Positions 59,411-64,000 of a stretch of DNA of 64,000 nucleotides are shown one piece after another. Location: positions 160,001 to 224,000 of the forward strand of contig JBFWJC010000004.1 of assembly GCA_050253415.1 (NCBI GenBank), given 5' to 3'. The notes under the pieces are model-generated. The model was not told the origin of the DNA and did no database searches. It worked only from the letters and a program-made list of their open reading frames with translations. Origin of the DNA: Pedobacter sp. GTDB lineage: Bacteria > Desulfobacterota > Desulfuromonadia > Desulfuromonadales > Syntrophotaleaceae. The stretch's first letter is position 1. The number at the start of each line of letters is the position of its first letter. The translations under genes were made by a program, and so were the position numbers.

Positions 59411-60127
59411 ATGTTCTTCAATTTTAAATATTCCGACAAAAAAACTATCCTTTTACCCGTTGCCCGTTTTATAGTGAACCGGTGGAGAATCTTGCTTTTT
59501 CTTTATATTTCAGGGATCTTCACTCTTTATCTTCAAAATAAGGATATAAGCTTTCTGGTTGCCGCGCTGCTCTTTTATCTTGCAACTGTTTTGTTGGCCA
59601 ACAACATTCTTCTATCCACGGAGGCTCACCGGGATAAGCTTACCGGACTCGGCAACAAAAAGGCTCTGCACCTGCGACTACAAAGGGAACTTTCAAGAAT
59701 AAACAGAAACGGCGGATACCTCACGTTTCTGTTTTTCGATATAGATAATTTCAAAAATATTAACGATACATATGGACACAAGGTGGGTGACAACGTATTG
59801 ATCGAAGTAGCGCATCGCCTCATGGCCCAAATGCGCAACTACGATAGTTTAATTCGATACGGTGGCGATGAATTTTGCGTAATTTGCCCACAGGTGAAAA
59901 ATGAAGGGGACTCCATAAAAATCAGGGAGAAATTAGAGGAGGCCTTGAGTTTCGAGTATCGTTTCGAAAATCACAACCTTTTTATTCAGACCAGCTTGGG
60001 AATGTCAACCTATCCGCTTGATACAACAGACCTGCAGGAACTTATAAGCATTGCAGATCAGCGAATGTATGAGCAGAAAAGCCAGCGAAAACTCGCGCGA
60101 GTGACGCACGCATTAATAAATGAATAA
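59411..60127 (+). CDS. Diguanylate cyclase with two TM helices
   Basis: DKLTGLGN, DIDNFK, RNYD I-site, GGDEF. Confidence 0.9.
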   Translation: MFFNFKYSDKKTILLPVARFIVNRWRILLFLYISGIFTLYLQNKDISFLVAALLFYLATVLLANNILLSTEAHRDKLTGLGNKKALHLRLQRELSRINRNGGYLTFLFFDIDNFKNINDTYGHKVGDNVLIEVAHRLMAQMRNYDSLIRYGGDEFCVICPQVKNEGDSIKIREKLEEALSFEYRFENHNLFIQTSLGMSTYPLDTTDLQELISIADQRMYEQKSQRKLARVTHALINE

Positions 60128-61037
60128 TTTCAGAGACTATCACTTGTTTTATCATGTCTACTGCAATGGTGGGATCACCAAAGCTGCGACCGGGTTGGGT
60201 CTTACCAAGTCTACGGTAAGCAGGGCCGTCACACGTCTGGAAAAGGAATACGGCCTGAAGCTATTTTTTCGCAACGGGAAAGGATTATTCCCGACAAGGT
60301 TTGGTGACCACCTTTATCAATATTGCCAAAAAATTATCGATATTTTCTACGAAGCAAAAAGTTCTTCGGTTCAATTCAAACAAGAATGCTGCGGGACTAT
60401 TAAAATCGCCGCGCCCGTTCTTTTTGGACAGACCTTGCTCTCTCCAATCATCGCCAGATTTTCACAAAAGTTTCCGAAATCCCAACTTCATGTCTGTTTA
60501 TCCAACGATATTGACGAAAATGAATATACGAATTACGACATTGTTTTTTCTTTAAAAAACAATGTCAGCGACCATTACATTATTAAAAAGGTTGGCAGTA
60601 TTTATACAAAATTATTTTTTTCAAAAACTCATATTCAACCAAATTTTTCGGAAATAGAAAAAAATAATTTCCTGATTTTGACTGCAAAAGATACGGATGG
60701 ATTATTTAAGATCAAGATTCACCACGAAACCAACTTGGCTCCCATAAAGGAGCTTCAGATACAACCTAGGATTATCAGCAATGATTCAAAAATCATAAAA
60801 GAGGCCGTGATTAACGGCCTTGGCATAGGCATTCTTCCTGGGCATGAAGTCTCAGAGGAACTTAAAAACGGGACTTTGGAAGAAGCATTTTACAGTCATT
60901 ACATCTATCATGACGATGTTTATGCCATTTACTCCAGCTTCCTTATGATGCCAAAGCTGTTTAAAGCCTTTCTTGACTTTGTGGCCGTTGAACTTTGCAT
61001 CGACCTGCAGATCAATCGCGACTCTTATTGCCGGTAA
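60120..61037 (+). CDS. LysR-family transcriptional regulator
   Basis: ITKAA..LGLTKSTVSRAVTRLE HTH, GLGIGILP. Confidence 0.88.
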   Translation: MNNFRDYHLFYHVYCNGGITKAATGLGLTKSTVSRAVTRLEKEYGLKLFFRNGKGLFPTRFGDHLYQYCQKIIDIFYEAKSSSVQFKQECCGTIKIAAPVLFGQTLLSPIIARFSQKFPKSQLHVCLSNDIDENEYTNYDIVFSLKNNVSDHYIIKKVGSIYTKLFFSKTHIQPNFSEIEKNNFLILTAKDTDGLFKIKIHHETNLAPIKELQIQPRIISNDSKIIKEAVINGLGIGILPGHEVSEELKNGTLEEAFYSHYIYHDDVYAIYSSFLMMPKLFKAFLDFVAVELCIDLQINRDSYCR

Positions 61038-61327
61038 CACCATAGGGACTGCCCAGACAAACCAACTCCTTACCGCAACCATCCCTGCGACAACCTTGTC
61101 AGCAAAGGCAATCGAATCAAGGGGTATCCTTGTATAAACAAAAGAAGTCGGGCTGATTAGCTCAATCCACATAACCATGAGATCTGGATGCCTGATGAAA
61201 GTGATGTTTGATCTGCTCGCGGCATTGGCCTGTTCAGTGGCGGCTCTCACCTTATCGTCAGACAGGTATTGCCCCTTTGCATGCCTACCAACTTACGGTA
61301 AGACTCTCTATGAAAAGTTGCTTAAAA

Positions 61328-61356
61328 TAAAAAGGCAGCTCAAAGCCGCCTTTTTA
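61328..61356 (-). terminator. Terminator after the small lipoprotein gene
   Basis: Minus strand GGCGGCT-TTG-AGCTGCC-TTTTT. Confidence 0.65.
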
Positions 61357-61392
61357 TCCTTTTTGCCAATACAATATGGCCTGGATTCAGCA

Positions 61393-61539
61393 TCATGCGT
61401 CTGAGGGCACATTGAATTCATAGCCGCAGGCCGGACATTTAACACTTTCACCATCATGCATCGTGCCACCGGTAGAAGCACAGCCAGCCAGGACAAAGGC
61501 TACCAGGAACAGTCCTAACAAGATTTTTATATGTTTCAT
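61393..61539 (-). CDS. 48-aa lipoprotein with a CPACG motif (not in the ORF track)
   Basis: MKHIKILLGLFLVAFVLAGCASTGGTMHDGESVKCPACGYEFNVPSDA; GAAGGGAG RBS; LAGC lipobox. Confidence 0.75.
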   Translation of the reverse strand: MKHIKILLGLFLVAFVLAGCASTGGTMHDGESVKCPACGYEFNVPSDA

Positions 61540-61712
61540 CGTTTGATCTCCCTTCTTCGGGGTGAGGAGTTACCCGTTTGCCTCTGAGACAAACCATCAC
61601 ATGATCCATACTGTTTACATTATACTCCAAAATGGCTTTTTTTCTCTGCAAAACCGGGTACTCAGCCGAAAATGCCCTGTCATGGCATGAAACCTGCCGC
61701 GAGCTAGCTCTG

Positions 61713-64000
61713 CTATCCTGCAAACCTTACCCGGAACAGGGTCCCACGGCTTCGGTCCAGCTCCAGCGTGCCATTGAGCTGATTAACCAGTGCCGTCACC
61801 AATTGCAACCCCAGGGTCCTGGCATGGAGATAATCAATTTCCGCCGGAAATCCTATCCCGGTATCGGCCACTGACAGGCCCATCTCAGAGCCCACCTTTT
61901 TGATCGAAATGGTTATTTGCCCCGGTTTGCCGTCCACAAAAGCATGTTTATAGGCATTGGACAGGAGTTCGGTTATCAGTAAACCGCAAGGAATAATCTT
62001 TTCGATATCAAGTTCCAGATCCTCGACCTCCAGGCAGCAATCTATCGTCTGATCGGGGCAATGGAAAATCTGGCATAACTGATTCACCAAATTTTCCGCA
62101 TAAGCCTTGACGCTGACCTCAGACAGATTTTTCGACTGATAAAGTTGCTCATGAGCCAGAGCCATGGAACAAATGCGATTTTGACTTTCGAGAAAACAGG
62201 CCTGCAGTACCGGGTCGGTCAACTTCTGGGCCTGCAGATAGAGCAGACTGGACACCACCTGCAGGTTATTCTTGACCCGATGGTGAATTTCCCGGAGCAG
62301 CACTTCCTTTTCGGCCAGCGAAGCCTTGACTTGCTCCTCGGCCCGCTTTCGCTCGGTGATGTCGATCACGATCCCCTGGCAGTGGGTCACCCGGCCCTCG
62401 GCATCCCGTTCGATCAAAGTGCGCTCGTCCACCCAGCGCACCTCCTCCTGTTTGGTAATGATCCGATATTCCCGATTGAAATTGTTCTCACCACGGCAGA
62501 TATGCGCCTGAAACTCGGCTTCGACCTGGCCGAAATCTGCCGGGTGGACCAGCGCAGCATAGGGAACGGCCCCGGACAGCAGCTCTTCCGGCGCATAGCC
62601 GAATTGATTTATGTTTCGGGTGACCATCTCTACCGGCCAGCCCTCGGCCACCCGCCAGCGAAACAGCACCGCCGGGCTGTTCTCCACAACCAGACTGGCC
62701 AGGCGTAGCTCCTTCTCAACCCGCCTTGATTCAGTGGTGTCGTGGGCGATGCCGATGATGCGGTAAATCTCGGCCGCTGCGTTTCGCACGGGAATAAGGA
62801 CTGTTTGGAAAAACCGGTTTCCCACCGGCAGGTTGAGCTGCTCTTCATAAGTTATTGTCGTTCCAGCCTCCACGCACCGCCGATAGTTGGTGAGAACCTG
62901 GTCGGCAAGCTCCTTCGGGATTGTCTCCTCTACGAACTTTCCGGCCGTGTCGGCGCTCAGAAGACCAACTGCTTTTTCTTCGGCCGGATTGAAACCTGCG
63001 AATTTGAAACGGCCGTCCGCCGTCACATCCAGCAGAAACATGCAATCCGAAGTGTTTTCAAAAACTTCCCGATACCGTTGCTCGCTCTCCTGCAGTGCCT
63101 CCTCGGCCTGCTTGCGCTTGCTGATGTCGGTGGCGAAGGCACAGCGGTATTCCTTGCCATCGAAATTCACATAATTACTGCGGATCTCCACCGGATAAAT
63201 ACGACCGTCCTTGGCCCGGTGATGGCTTTCGAAACGTTTTGCTCCGCATCTTTTTAATTTCTGCCATTGGGCGATGAGGCCGTCCGCGGAAAAGTCGACA
63301 TCGATGTCGGATATCGACATGCCGACCAACTCTTCGCGACTGTAACCAAGTGCGGCACAGGCTGCTTCGTTGACGTATAAAAACCGTCCCTCCGGAGTCC
63401 CCCAGAAGGCCTGGTCAGGTGTTTTATCGATGGCAAACTGAGTCAGGCGCAGGGCTTCTTCAGCCGCCTTACGCTCGCTGATATCGGTGGCAAAAGCACA
63501 GTTGTATTCCTGGCCGTCAAACACCACGTAATTGGCACGGATCTCCACCGGATAGGTCCGGCCATCCTTGCTGCGATGCCTGGCCTCGAAAGTCATTGAG
63601 CCCTTCTCTTTCAATTCCCGCCAGAAACAAGTAAAAACCTCGGCTGGAAAGGTAGGATCGATATCGGGAACCGACATCCCGACAAGCTCCTCCCGGGAAT
63701 AGCCCAGAGCCTGGCAAGCCGCATCGTTCACATAGAAGAAACGGGCATCCCCGGTCATCCAGAAGGCCTGATCGATGGTCTTGTCGATAGCGAACTGGGT
63801 AAAGCGTTGTGCTTCATCTTTGTGTTTACGCTCGGTTATATCCTCGATAAAACCTTCCAGTTCAACCAATCCTCCAACCGTACCGGGCACGGCCCGAATA
63901 TGGAAGATAACTTCAATGATGCTGCCGTCCTTGCAGCGGAATCGCTCCTCGCAAACCCGCCAACCGCTACGGGTCAGGATCCTCTCCAGGACCTCCTGCC
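61713..64000 (-). CDS. Multi-PAS sensor histidine kinase (HisKA_2 type), 5' end outside the window
   Basis: EIHHRVKNNLQ H-box, ELLSNAYKHAF, DTGIG, TLGLQLV; frame stays open to position 64000. Confidence 0.9.
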   Translation of the reverse strand, partial: QEVLERILTRSGWRVCEERFRCKDGSIIEVIFHIRAVPGTVGGLVELEGFIEDITERKHKDEAQRFTQFAIDKTIDQAFWMTGDARFFYVNDAACQALGYSREELVGMSVPDIDPTFPAEVFTCFWRELKEKGSMTFEARHRSKDGRTYPVEIRANYVVFDGQEYNCAFATDISERKAAEEALRLTQFAIDKTPDQAFWGTPEGRFLYVNEAACAALGYSREELVGMSISDIDVDFSADGLIAQWQKLKRCGAKRFESHHRAKDGRIYPVEIRSNYVNFDGKEYRCAFATDISKRKQAEEALQESEQRYREVFENTSDCMFLLDVTADGRFKFAGFNPAEEKAVGLLSADTAGKFVEETIPKELADQVLTNYRRCVEAGTTITYEEQLNLPVGNRFFQTVLIPVRNAAAEIYRIIGIAHDTTESRRVEKELRLASLVVENSPAVLFRWRVAEGWPVEMVTRNINQFGYAPEELLSGAVPYAALVHPADFGQVEAEFQAHICRGENNFNREYRIITKQEEVRWVDERTLIERDAEGRVTHCQGIVIDITERKRAEEQVKASLAEKEVLLREIHHRVKNNLQVVSSLLYLQAQKLTDPVLQACFLESQNRICSMALAHEQLYQSKNLSEVSVKAYAENLVNQLCQIFHCPDQTIDCCLEVEDLELDIEKIIPCGLLITELLSNAYKHAFVDGKPGQITISIKKVGSEMGLSVADTGIGFPAEIDYLHARTLGLQLVTALVNQLNGTLELDRSRGTLFRVRFAG

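Noticed and set aside
60852..61723. Listed ORFs 60852-61250, 61308-61496 and 61454-61723
   Set aside because: No motifs; they overlap LysR or the better-supported lipoprotein ORF

Overview
GC-rich (roughly 55-60%) bacterial chromosomal segment. Gene content and order suggest a Desulfuromonadales deltaproteobacterium (Pelobacter/Syntrophotalea-like; this is inference). Housekeeping blocks: alr, a TPP-riboswitch-controlled thiE-thiD fusion plus thiC, GntR-trpB-trpA, an RND pump, fba/gap, rpsU, clpS-clpA-aat, hflKC, a porin, LemA/TPM, a P-type ATPase, tmcAL, sfsA and serB. The main discovery is a RiPP-like cluster at about 17.8-23.8 kb. It encodes a PqqD/RRE protein, a lasso-B2-type leader peptidase, a 37-aa precursor missing from the ORF track (YxxPxL leader, Thr at -2, core GVAMVVSGAPDPT), an HPr-kinase-like kinase, a nucleotidyltransferase, a B12-dependent radical SAM enzyme and a SenB-like GT4. 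There is no lasso cyclase and the core cannot form a canonical lasso ring. Other notable items: two more small genes absent from the ORF track (an atypical ferredoxin and a CxxC mini-lipoprotein), a DnaA-box cluster with an IHF site (DARS/datA-like), and a tandemly duplicated ~520-bp non-coding element whose hairpin shows compensatory base changes. No rRNA, tRNA, CRISPR array or transposase was recognised.
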